Assembly (NCBI GenBank): GCA_017452165.1
Contig: JAFTMY010000035.1
Coordinates: 1-49,273, forward strand
DNA length: 49,273 nt
Direction: 5' to 3'
Source of the DNA: Clostridia bacterium
GTDB lineage: Bacteria > Bacillota > Clostridia > Christensenellales > UBA1242
Position numbers and translations under genes: made by a program. This document shows, in pieces, positions 1 through 8,700 of the stretch; the stretch's first letter is position 1; the number at the start of each line of letters is the position of its first letter. The notes below the pieces were generated by a model that was not told where the DNA came from, ran no database searches, and saw only the letters and a list, made by a program, of their open reading frames with translations.

Positions 1-1828
1 CAAAAGATTTTTGAAAATTAAAGTATGGTGCAATTGTTTTTGCGATATGTGCATTTTCTTCGGTAACACCCTTAAATTTATCTTTTGCAAAATAATATTT
101 GAATTTTTCAATAGTTGCTTTTAATTGGCGTTGTTTACCATGGTTATTTGTGTTAGTCTTTTGAACTTCATCAAAATTATTGTAGCAACTAACAATAAAG
201 CCTGAACGTTTAGATTCTTCTACTAAAAGTTCATCATAGTTTTCCATAAAAAAGTCAGTGAAGTTTTTGTTGAAACCATTGCTTTTCATATTTTTAAAGT
301 TCTCAGCAAATTTGTAAATATTAATGTTTTCTTTTTTAAGTTTGTCTATTAAAAAGTTTACGGTTTTTTGAGCGTAGTTTACAATTTTGCCGTTTTCTTC
401 ATAAGGTGGCTGAAAAGCACCAATGTTATATAAGAAATTATATACATCTCCGTTGTATTCTTCAATATCTATACCCACTTGCTTAAACATAGAAAAATTA
501 TGTTTTTCAATAAAGTTTTTAGAATCTTCTTTTGGAAGAGTTACTAAAAAACTATTATAAAAATCAGCATATAAAGGATTGTTTTGTTCTCTAAGTAAAA
601 TGCTTTTAGAATTCCAATTATTTGATAAAAGAGCAAGGTTTAATGATAAATTGTTAAGTGGTATTGATTGTTCAGTTTGCTCATTTTCGATTACAAATCC
701 ATCAGTTGTTTTTCTAAAAAACTTAAGCGAATCACTGAATTGATTTGGCATACTTTTTACTGATGATGGTATTTTTAATGTTTTTAATGAATGACAATTA
801 GAAATTGCATCATAACCAATTAACCAAACAGATTCAGGAATAGTGAGAGATTCAAGATTTGTGCAATTAGCAAAAGTTTGATTTTCTATTACAGAAATAA
901 GAGGATTAACTTTGAAACTTTTTAGTGATGAGCAACCTTTAAAAGCAGAGTGATTAATAATTCTTAAAGAATTTGGTATATTTATATTTTCAAGTGCACT
1001 GCAATTAGAAAAAGCAAATGAACCAATACCATATAAATTGTTAGGTAGTGTGATTGATTTTAATGAAGCACAATTTTTAAATGCGTTAGAATCAATAACA
1101 CTAGTATTTCCCAAGAAAGTAAAATTTTCAAGAGAAGTGCAGTTTTCAAATGTTTCATTATAAACTTTTATAATTCCTCTAGGGAAAGAAAAACTTTTAA
1201 GAGAAGAGCAATCTTTAAATGCTCTATCGTGAAGTTCATTCATAAATTCAGGAAGTTTAATTTCTTCAAGACTTTTGCAACTAGAAAACGCATCTAATTC
1301 AATTTCTTTTATCTGCTCAGAACCTATAACATTTTTTAAAGAAGTGCAACCTTTAAAAGCAGAATTAGAAATACTTGTTACATTTTTAGGTAAATTAATA
1401 CTTTCTAAAGAATCGCAACCCATAAATGTATATGGTGGAATCTGCACTAAATTTTTAGGTAAATTAATATCTTTAAGTGAAGAACAGTTTTTAAAAACTG
1501 AAGCACCAAAATGTCTAACATTTTCAGGTAGTTCAACATCTTCAAGAGAAGAACAGTTTTCAAATAAATTCATTGGAATTGTATGAACGCTATTAGGAAT
1601 TTTAACACTTTTTAAGTTTTTGCAGTTAGCAAATGCACTGCTTTCAATAGACTCAACAGTTTCTGGAATAACAATAGTTGTTAATTCATCTGTTCCTTCA
1701 AAAGCATAAGGTTGAATTTGCTTTACTGATTTAGGAATTGTATAAGTTCCATTTACAATCTTCTTTGGATTAATTGCATACAAAGTTCCATTTTCAATAT
1801 AAATAGGTTCTTGCATTGGCGATAACAT
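1..1828 (-). CDS. P1: LRR (BspA/LRR_5-type) + conserved family C-terminal domain protein; 3' end runs off the window
   Basis: It is absent from the ORF track because there is no stop in the window. The minus-strand ATG at 1826-1828 is preceded by GAGGTAG (RBS). Translation starts MLSPMQEPIYIENGTLYAINPKKIVNGTYTIP, followed by ~23-aa LRR units. The family linker (TTDGFVIE) and the C-domain motifs HNFSMFKQ, NGKIVNYAQK and CYNNFDEVQKTNTNNHGKQRQLKAT (nt ~115-185) follow. The QKTNT motif is in the same frame as the start codon (codon phase checked by hand). Confidence 0.85.
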   Translation of the reverse strand, partial: MLSPMQEPIYIENGTLYAINPKKIVNGTYTIPKSVKQIQPYAFEGTDELTTIVIPETVESIESSAFANCKNLKSVKIPNSVHTIPMNLFENCSSLEDVELPENVRHFGASVFKNCSSLKDINLPKNLVQIPPYTFMGCDSLESINLPKNVTSISNSAFKGCTSLKNVIGSEQIKEIELDAFSSCKSLEEIKLPEFMNELHDRAFKDCSSLKSFSFPRGIIKVYNETFENCTSLENFTFLGNTSVIDSNAFKNCASLKSITLPNNLYGIGSFAFSNCSALENINIPNSLRIINHSAFKGCSSLKSFKVNPLISVIENQTFANCTNLESLTIPESVWLIGYDAISNCHSLKTLKIPSSVKSMPNQFSDSLKFFRKTTDGFVIENEQTEQSIPLNNLSLNLALLSNNWNSKSILLREQNNPLYADFYNSFLVTLPKEDSKNFIEKHNFSMFKQVGIDIEEYNGDVYNFLYNIGAFQPPYEENGKIVNYAQKTVNFLIDKLKKENINIYKFAENFKNMKSNGFNKNFTDFFMENYDELLVEESKRSGFIVSCYNNFDEVQKTNTNNHGKQRQLKATIEKFKYYFAKDKFKGVTEENAHIAKTIAPYFNFQKSF

Positions 1829-1862
1829 AAACTACCTCATTATAATTTTATTTATTATATAA

Positions 1863-1891
1863 ATTATATAATAAATTTATATAATTTACAA
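1863..1891 (-). promoter_or_regulatory. sigma-A-type promoter of P1 (TTGTAA-17-TATAAT)
   Basis: On the minus strand, TTGTAA lies at 1891-1886, followed by a 17-nt spacer and TATAAT at 1868-1863. This is ~35 nt upstream of the P1 start. The layout matches the other paralog promoters. Confidence 0.5.
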
Positions 1892-1926
1892 TAGAGAAAT
1901 AAAAAAAATAAAATATTTATATTCTA

Positions 1927-1955
1927 TTGAAATATGATTATTGCTGTGATATAAT
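1927..1955 (+). promoter_or_regulatory. sigma-A-type promoter (TTGAAA-17-TATAAT with TGn extension)
   Basis: TTGAAA lies at 1927-1932, followed by a 17-nt spacer ending in TGA, then TATAAT at 1950-1955. It sits upstream of the 1997 CDS and is divergent from P1. Confidence 0.5.
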
Positions 1956-1996
1956 AAACAAAAAGTGAATTATTATTTATGAAAGGAGAATAATAA

Positions 1997-2548
1997 ATGG
2001 CAAATATTAATAATGATAGATTTTTAACATTTGAGGTTCAAGATTATATAAAATCTAAAACAAATAATTTTCAAATGAATAGACCACTTGAAGTTGTTAA
2101 TGTGAATTCAACAGCATTTAATAATGGAACAGGAAGAGATTATAAGTTTTGTCATGATATTTTTCATCCAGAGACAGGTGAAAGATTAAAGCCTGTTAAA
2201 GGATATGTTGGTCATGATGAACTTGGAAGAGATAGATGCTACTATGCTGAATATCAAGATGTAAACGGAAAAACTTATTCTTATGCTTATCAATTTGCAA
2301 AATATGATGAAAAAACAGGTGAGAAAGTTTTATCAACAAAAAGCATTGAACAACAAATGAAAGAAGACTTAGAGATGTTAAAAGAAAAAGTAGCAAAAGA
2401 AGCAGAAGCAAAAGAAAAAGCAAATCAAGAAAATAAGGTTGATAAAGAAAGTTTAGATAAGCAACAAGCATTAAAAGAACAATTACTTGCTAAGCAAAAA
2501 GAAAAACAAAGAAAACAAGAAATTGAAGAATATGGTTTTGAACTTTAA
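1997..2548 (+). CDS. hypothetical protein with a charged coiled-coil-like C-terminus
   Basis: 183-aa ORF with an AAAGGAGAA RBS 7 nt upstream of the ATG. The C-terminal third is K/E/Q-rich (KEKVAKEAEAKEKANQENK...). A hairpin terminator follows. I recognise no family. Confidence 0.6.
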   Translation: MANINNDRFLTFEVQDYIKSKTNNFQMNRPLEVVNVNSTAFNNGTGRDYKFCHDIFHPETGERLKPVKGYVGHDELGRDRCYYAEYQDVNGKTYSYAYQFAKYDEKTGEKVLSTKSIEQQMKEDLEMLKEKVAKEAEAKEKANQENKVDKESLDKQQALKEQLLAKQKEKQRKQEIEEYGFEL

Positions 2549-2573
2549 TATTTTTATTAAATAAAGTATAATA

Positions 2574-2606
2574 AAAATCCCACGATTATTTCGTGGGATT
2601 TTTGTT
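2574..2606. terminator. bidirectional rho-independent terminator
   Basis: The stem AAAATCCCACGA (2574-2585) pairs with TCGTGGGATTTT (2591-2602). It is flanked by an A-run and a T-run and lies between the convergent CDSs 1997..2548 (+) and P2 (-). Confidence 0.7.
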
Positions 2607-2646
2607 GTTTAAAATAAATTTTAATATTATTAAGGTTATAAAAATT

Positions 2647-5592
2647 TTAAGAATTTTCATAAGGATTATAGTCAGGATTTGCAAAGGTGTTTTCTTTTTT
2701 AGGAGTCCAAATAATATGTTGTTCAAAGAAACTATCACCAGAATAGTTTTGTCCATGTTCTTTTATTCCATATTTTCCAAAATCAACAGGAACAAATAGG
2801 GTTAAAGACCTTCTATTTTTAGAACGAAGTTGTCCTGATAAATCATTAAAACCAATACCAACATTGATTTGTTTTAATGTTTTTGTAGGATTTTCTTTGT
2901 TGTATTCATCAGCAAATTTTTTAATTGCTTGCATAAATTTTTTATAAACATCGTGGTATTTATCGCTTGTAACTCTATCAGCAACTTGGAAACTATTAAC
3001 AATTCCGTATCTTTCATCTGGATTAATATAAAGGGTTGCTTTTGCGATAATATCATTACTAAGTTTATCTTTAACAATAACTGTTTGCATATTAGGGTGG
3101 ACGATACTTGCGTGAACAATACCATATCCCACGCCTTCAAGATGCGCACAGCAATTACAAAGTTTACCAAGTATTAAGTTTTTAGGGTCGTTTTTAGAAA
3201 CCCATTCAAAAGTAAATTGATTTTTAGACGACTCAACCAAGTTTGAAAGAGTATTTACTTGAAGTTTTGAAATTTCGTTTGAATATTCATCAATGGTTTT
3301 AAATGGTTCATCTACAACAGGAACTTCTAATATTTGGTCAGGTATATTATTTGCTTTTTTCTCTTCAAAAATGCTAACAGCATTGTCAAAACTAAATTGG
3401 TCAGAAAAGTATGGAGAAATTGTTTTTGCAATATCACGGGTTTCTTCAGTAATGTTGTCAAATTTATTTTCATTAAAATAATCTTTAAATTTTTGAACAG
3501 TCGCTTTAAGTTGTCTTTGAGAACCACGATTATTTGTGTTTGTTTTTTGAACTTCTTCAAAATTATTATAACATTTTGCAATAAAGCCATGATTGTTTCT
3601 TTCTTCAGCATTTAATTCATCAAAGTTTTCCATAAAAAAGTCGGTAAATTCTTTATTGAAACCTTTTGTTTCCATATGTAATCCAACACTTGAAAAAAGA
3701 CCAATACCACATTTTTTCTTATTAAATAAACCTCTTACAAACTCAACAGATTTTTGAGCATAGTCATAGGTTTTACCGTTTTCTTCAAATGGGGTAGATA
3801 CTCCACCAATGTTATAGATAAATTTGCAAAGACTATCTTTTTCAAATTTAACTCTTTTATTTAGTATTTTAAAGAAGGTAAAGTTATGATTTTTAATAAA
3901 GTTACTTGCTTCTTCATAAGGAAGAGTTGTTACAAAGTTGTTATAAAATTTGAGAACACTCTCGTTGTTTTGTTCTCTAAAAAGAGTTTCTCTATCTTCA
4001 AAGTGTGATGCTAAAAGAGACATATCAAGTGAAGTTTGTTGCATAGGTGCATATTCATCAAGTTCAATTCTTGAAAAAGCACAGCCATTTTCAAGTTCTT
4101 TAAAGTATGGATAAGAAATATCGTTAATTTTTTCGTATCTTTTCATAGAATTTGGAATTACGATTTTGTGAAAATCACAATCTATAAATGCATATTCACC
4201 GATATTTTCTAATGTGTTAGGCAAATTGATATTTCTAAGTTTTGTGCAATTAGAAAATGCTTTAGTTTCAATGTTTTTAAGACCTGAAGAAAATTCCACA
4301 TTTTCTAGTTCTGAACAATCACAAAATGCACTTTTTTTTATAGTTTCAACGCTTGATGGTATACTAATTTGACCAAGAGATTTGCATTCTTGGAAAGCAC
4401 TTTCGCCAATAACTTTAACACTATTTGGAATTTCTACATTTTCAAGTTTGTGGCAACCAATAAAAGCACTTTCGCCAATTTCAGTTACACCAAATGGGAT
4501 TGTAATAGTTTTTAGTTTTGCACAATCTCCAAATGCAGATTCATCAATAGTTTTAAGAGAGTTAGGTAAAGCAATAGTTTCAAGTCTATCACAAAGTGAA
4601 AAAGTATTCGCTTCAATATTATTAATTTTGCCGTTAATTTGAGCATTTTTAAGTCTTGGACAACTACTAAAAGCATATTGTTTAATTTCTTTAACAGTGC
4701 TTGGAATATTTAAGTTTTTAATGTATGTTTTTTCAAAAGCATTTTCACCAATAAACTCTAAACCTTCTTTTAAATCTAAGTTTGCTAAAAATGTGCAGTG
4801 AGAAAATGCGTGATCATCAATTATTTTTAGAGTGGTAGGGCAGTCAACAGTTGATAAAAATAGACAATTTGAAAAAGCATTTTTACCAATTCGCTCAACT
4901 CCTTCAGGAATAATAACTTTTTTAAGTGAAGAACATTGAGTAAATGCTGCATTATCAATAACTTTAAGTTTTTCAGGAAGTTTAATAGAAGAAAAATTAC
5001 AACCTGCAAGAGCATTTTCTGAAATAACTGATAAATTTTCAGGAAGTTTAATAGATTTTAAGTTAGAGCATTCACAAAATGCATTATTTTCTAATTTTGT
5101 AACATTTTCAGGAATTTCTATTTGAGTAAGCGCACGACAATTTTCAAATGCCTGAGCGCTGATTTTATCAATAGATTTTGGAAGTTTTACTTTTTTAAGT
5201 AAGATACAGCCTTGAAATGCTCCACTTCCCATATCTTTTACTGAATCAGGAATATTAACATTTACTACTGGGCATCTAGCAAAAGTATTTTCTCCAATTT
5301 TTTCAATGCCATCATCAAGAGTTATTTCTTTAAGAGACCTACAATTATAAAAAGCACTATCGCTGATTTCTTTAACAGATTTTGGTATATGAACTTTAGT
5401 TAAAAAATCGCAATGAGAAAAAGCGTGTTTACCAATGGCTTCAACACTCTCTGGAATTTCAACACTTTTAATATCTAAAATGCCTTTAAATGCATTATCA
5501 GCAATTGCTCTTACATTATTTGGTATAATAAGATTGCCGTTTTCAATATCATAGGCATCTATGCTATATAAAACACCATTATTAATAACCAT
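2647..5592 (-). CDS. P2: LRR + conserved family C-terminal domain protein (981 aa)
   Basis: Complete ORF. It has the N-cap MVINNGVLYSIDAYDIENGNLIIPNNV, then LRR units of the form IxIPxSVxxIGxxAFxxCxxL. C-domain motifs are HNFTFFK, NGKTYDYAQK, CYNNFEEVQKTNTNNRGSQRQLKAT, ISPYF, ILGKLCNCCAHLEGVGYGIVHASIVHP and AKATLYINP. It is the most divergent linker and C-domain of the set. Confidence 0.9.
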   Translation of the reverse strand: MVINNGVLYSIDAYDIENGNLIIPNNVRAIADNAFKGILDIKSVEIPESVEAIGKHAFSHCDFLTKVHIPKSVKEISDSAFYNCRSLKEITLDDGIEKIGENTFARCPVVNVNIPDSVKDMGSGAFQGCILLKKVKLPKSIDKISAQAFENCRALTQIEIPENVTKLENNAFCECSNLKSIKLPENLSVISENALAGCNFSSIKLPEKLKVIDNAAFTQCSSLKKVIIPEGVERIGKNAFSNCLFLSTVDCPTTLKIIDDHAFSHCTFLANLDLKEGLEFIGENAFEKTYIKNLNIPSTVKEIKQYAFSSCPRLKNAQINGKINNIEANTFSLCDRLETIALPNSLKTIDESAFGDCAKLKTITIPFGVTEIGESAFIGCHKLENVEIPNSVKVIGESAFQECKSLGQISIPSSVETIKKSAFCDCSELENVEFSSGLKNIETKAFSNCTKLRNINLPNTLENIGEYAFIDCDFHKIVIPNSMKRYEKINDISYPYFKELENGCAFSRIELDEYAPMQQTSLDMSLLASHFEDRETLFREQNNESVLKFYNNFVTTLPYEEASNFIKNHNFTFFKILNKRVKFEKDSLCKFIYNIGGVSTPFEENGKTYDYAQKSVEFVRGLFNKKKCGIGLFSSVGLHMETKGFNKEFTDFFMENFDELNAEERNNHGFIAKCYNNFEEVQKTNTNNRGSQRQLKATVQKFKDYFNENKFDNITEETRDIAKTISPYFSDQFSFDNAVSIFEEKKANNIPDQILEVPVVDEPFKTIDEYSNEISKLQVNTLSNLVESSKNQFTFEWVSKNDPKNLILGKLCNCCAHLEGVGYGIVHASIVHPNMQTVIVKDKLSNDIIAKATLYINPDERYGIVNSFQVADRVTSDKYHDVYKKFMQAIKKFADEYNKENPTKTLKQINVGIGFNDLSGQLRSKNRRSLTLFVPVDFGKYGIKEHGQNYSGDSFFEQHIIWTPKKENTFANPDYNPYENS

Positions 5593-5628
5593 AAAAATAG
5601 TCCTTTTATAATATTTATATTATATTTA

Positions 5629-5657
5629 ATTATAATACATTAATAAAAAAATAACAA
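5629..5657 (-). promoter_or_regulatory. sigma-A-type promoter of P2 (TTGTTA-17-TATAAT)
   Basis: On the minus strand, TTGTTA lies at 5657-5652, followed by a 17-nt spacer and TATAAT at 5634-5629. The context CTATTGTTATTTTTTT is shared with the P8 and P10 promoters. Confidence 0.55.
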
Positions 5658-5707
5658 TAGTAAAATTAAAATTAATAATGATTATTTATTACTAATAAAT
5701 TAAGTAA

Positions 5708-5748
5708 GAAAAAATCTATAAAGAAAATTTCGCATAATCTTTATAGAT
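5708..5748 (-). terminator. rho-independent terminator ending the P7-P3 operon
   Basis: The 10-bp stem ATCTATAAAG (5714-5723) pairs with CTTTATAGAT (5739-5748). On the minus strand it is followed by a T-run (the plus-strand A-run at 5709-5713). It lies 10 nt downstream of the P3 stop. Confidence 0.65.
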
Positions 5749-5757
5749 TTTATATAA

Positions 5758-8700
5758 TTATTCTTTTTCCCAAAGAGTGTATTGTTCTTCGTCGCTATCT
5801 CCTTGATAACCTTCGCCTGATTGTGTAAATTTTCCGTAGTCAATTGCCTCAAGAAGAGGCTCAGTTGGTTCATGATATTTAATAATTTCGTCTGTTAAGT
5901 CATTAAGATTCATACCCACAGAGATTTTTTTAAGTGGTTTATTAGGGTGTTGTTTATTATATTCTTCAGCAAATCTATTTATACCCAATATATATTTTTC
6001 ATATATTTCTTCAAAATAAACAGGATTAACACTATCGTTAATTTCAACATTATTAAATACACCATAGCCTTCATCAGGGTTAATGTAAAGGGTTGATTTT
6101 GCAATTATTTCATTGCCGTATTTAACAACTAAATTTTGAACATTAGGGTGGGTAATACTTGCGTGCATAATGCCTTCGCCAACGCCTTCAAGGTGGGCAC
6201 AACAAGAGCATAGTTTACCAAGTATATAGTTTTTAGGGTCATTTTTTTCAAGCCACTCAAAGTTAAACTGTTCAGTTGCAGTATCCACTAAATTTTCTAA
6301 TGTTTCAACTCTTAAGTTTTCAATTTCTTCACTATATTCATCAATATTTTCAAAAGGATTATTTTTTTCTTTTAAGTGGAAACCAAGAATACTACTAGGT
6401 GAATTTTTTTCTCTTCGTTCATCATCGATTTTAACTGCATAGTCAAATGTCATTTGGTCAGAAAAATAAGGTGAAATGGTATCTGAAATATGTTTATTTT
6501 CGTCAGTTATACCTAAGAACTTATTTTCAGCAAAATAATCTTTAAATTTTTGAATTGTAGGCTTAAGTTGTCTTTGAGAACCATGATTGTTTGTATTTGT
6601 CTTTTGAACTCTTTCAAATTCGTTGTAGCATCTAGCGAAAAATCCTGGGTTAGAAATATCTTCAAGCATAAGTTCATCGTAATTTTTCATAAAAAAGTCG
6701 GAAAAATCCTTCTTAAAACCATTATTTTGCATTTTTTCAGTCATATAATAAATGTCTGTAATATTCAAATGCCCTTGATTAAATTTTTGTAGTAAAAACC
6801 CACAAAGTTTTTGAGCATAGTCAACGGTCTTTCCATTTTTATCGATTATAGGTTTTTCTAAACCACCCATATTATATAAGAATTTATAAAATGCTGTATT
6901 TTCTGCAGGTGGATTTTCAGGGTCTAAGTTGAATTGTTTAAAAAATGTAAAGTTGTGTGAAGTTAAAAATTTTTCAATATCTTTTTGAGGTAATTCTCTT
7001 AAAAATGAATTATAAAATTTAGAGATAGATTCATTTTTTTGTTCTCTAATTAAAATGTCTTTATAATTCCAATTTTTAGATAAAAACGCTGGATTTATAT
7101 TTAAAGTTTCAAGAGGGATTGAATCTTTTGTTTCTTTAGATAAAAGTGAGAAGCCGTCATCAACTTTTCTAAAATATAATAAATTTTTATTTATGCTATT
7201 ATCAAAAAGTTCAATTGAATCTGGAACAAAAATTTCTTCAAGTGAAGAACAACCTGAAAAAGCATCTTTAACTTTTTTAATAGACTTAGGAAGTTTAACT
7301 TTTTTAAGTGAAGGGCAGAACTGAAAAGCAGAAGCATTTATATATTTAAGACCTTCATTAAAGTTTACTTCAACTAACTTTTCGCAGTTATAAAAAGCAT
7401 CAGTTCCAATAGTAATTAATGAATCAGGCAAAGTTATAGATTTAAGTGAAGTGCAGTTTGCAAAAGCACTAACTTTTATTTCTTGGAGATTTTTAGAAAA
7501 TTTAATATCAGTTAGTTTTTTACAACCAGTAAAGGCAGATTCTTCAATAAACTTAACACTATCAGGAATTTCAATAGATTTAAGGTTTACGCAGTGTTGA
7601 AAAGCATAATCATTAATTCTTTCTATACCATTTGGTAGTTTTATATCTTCAAGGTGAGCACAGCAATAAAAAGCATAAGTTCCAAGTCTTTTTACTGTAT
7701 CAGGGATTTCAATAGATTTTAAATTGTAGCAGTTTGCAAATGCTTGGTCAGAAATTTCAGTTAAATTTTTAGGAAGTTTGACCTTTTCAATTTTGTCATC
7801 ACAAAAGAAACAACTATCTCCAATTTTTTCAACACTATCAGGAATATCTACATATTTAAGAGCAAAGCAGTTAGAAAATGCCGAATGTCCTAAGGTTTTT
7901 GTTCCTTCTGGGATATTTATATTAATTAGGCTGTTACAATTACTAAATGCGTTGTCTTTTATTTCAGTTAAATTTTTAGGGAGTTCAATTTTTCTTAGTT
8001 TTTTGCAATCATTAAAAGTATTTTTCTCTATTGTTTTAACATTTTCAGGTATAATAATTTCTTCTAACTCCTTGCAACTAGCAAATGCATTTTCTCCAAT
8101 AGATTTTAAATTTTCAGGTAGTTTAATATATTTAATACCTGAACCATTAAAACCATTAGAAATAATAGATGTAACAGAACTAGGAATTTCTATGTGAGTA
8201 AGTGACTTACAGTTTTTAAACATTTCAACATTTATAAAAGGTATTCCTTCTGGAAGATTAATATATTTTAAATTTTCACAGTCAGAAAATACACTTCCAC
8301 CAATTGCAAGGTCAGGGTTATTTGGAAGAGAAACGCTTTCTAGTTCTTTGCAACCAGAAAAAGCAAAATGCTTAATATTTGTTACATTTTCAGGAATTGA
8401 GATATTTTTTAATTTAGAGCAACTAGAAAAAGCCCTTTGACCAATCATAGTAGCATTTTTTGGAAGATGAACTTCTGTAAGGGAAGAACAGTTTTCACAT
8501 AAATGACTAGGTATTTCTTCAATGTTATCAGGAAGGTTAAGAGATTGTAATGATTTGCAAGAATTAAAAGCACCTTCACCCATATAAATCATAGAACTAG
8601 GAATATTTATGCTTTTTAAGTTAGAGCATTCAGCAAAAGAATTTGTGCCAATACTTAAAATTCCGCTTGGTAAATCAATGCTTTCTAATTTTTTGCAGTT

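Noticed and set aside
2196-2471. A 91-aa Leu-rich minus-strand ORF antisense to CDS 1997..2548. Small ORFs at 25943-26134 (-), 26668-26853 (-), 28454-28675 (-), 29285-29533 (-), 32790-32981 (-) and 34145-34342 (-) are similar cases.
   Set aside because: They are low-complexity reverse-frame shadows of K/E-rich or AT-rich coding or promoter DNA. They have no RBS, and they overlap well-supported genes or promoter and terminator elements.
3327-3611. Same-strand, alternative-frame ORFs of ~95 aa recurring inside the conserved C-domain (3327-3611, 12584-12880, 18491-18787, 2874-3170, 37135-37422). This looked like a possible conserved overlapping gene.
   Set aside because: Their similarity follows from nucleotide conservation of the main frame, which carries the strongly conserved QKTNT..GSQRQL motifs. 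There are no RBS or start contexts. They are open in only some paralogs and have low-complexity K/L/I composition. I treat them as frame-shadow ORFs.
5758-7090. The C-terminal domain as a NEL-type E3 ligase (IpaH/SspH-like), given the LRR + constant-domain analogy.
   Set aside because: The analogy holds only at the architectural level. I see no resemblance to the NEL catalytic CxD region or to any other motif I can recall. Homology should not be claimed without HHpred or structure evidence.
7778-8197. Plus-strand ORFs antisense to the LRR arrays. Examples are 1275-1586, 4382-4642, 7778-8197, 11522-11791, 13726-14013, 17514-17771, 23081-23281, 39024-39332 and 43430-43702. They have their own repetitive 'SGI..L.Q..NA.SPI' look.
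   Set aside because: They lie entirely inside long, motif-rich minus-strand CDSs and have no RBS. Their repetitiveness simply mirrors the 69-nt LRR period, because the antisense frame of this codon pattern happens to lack stops.
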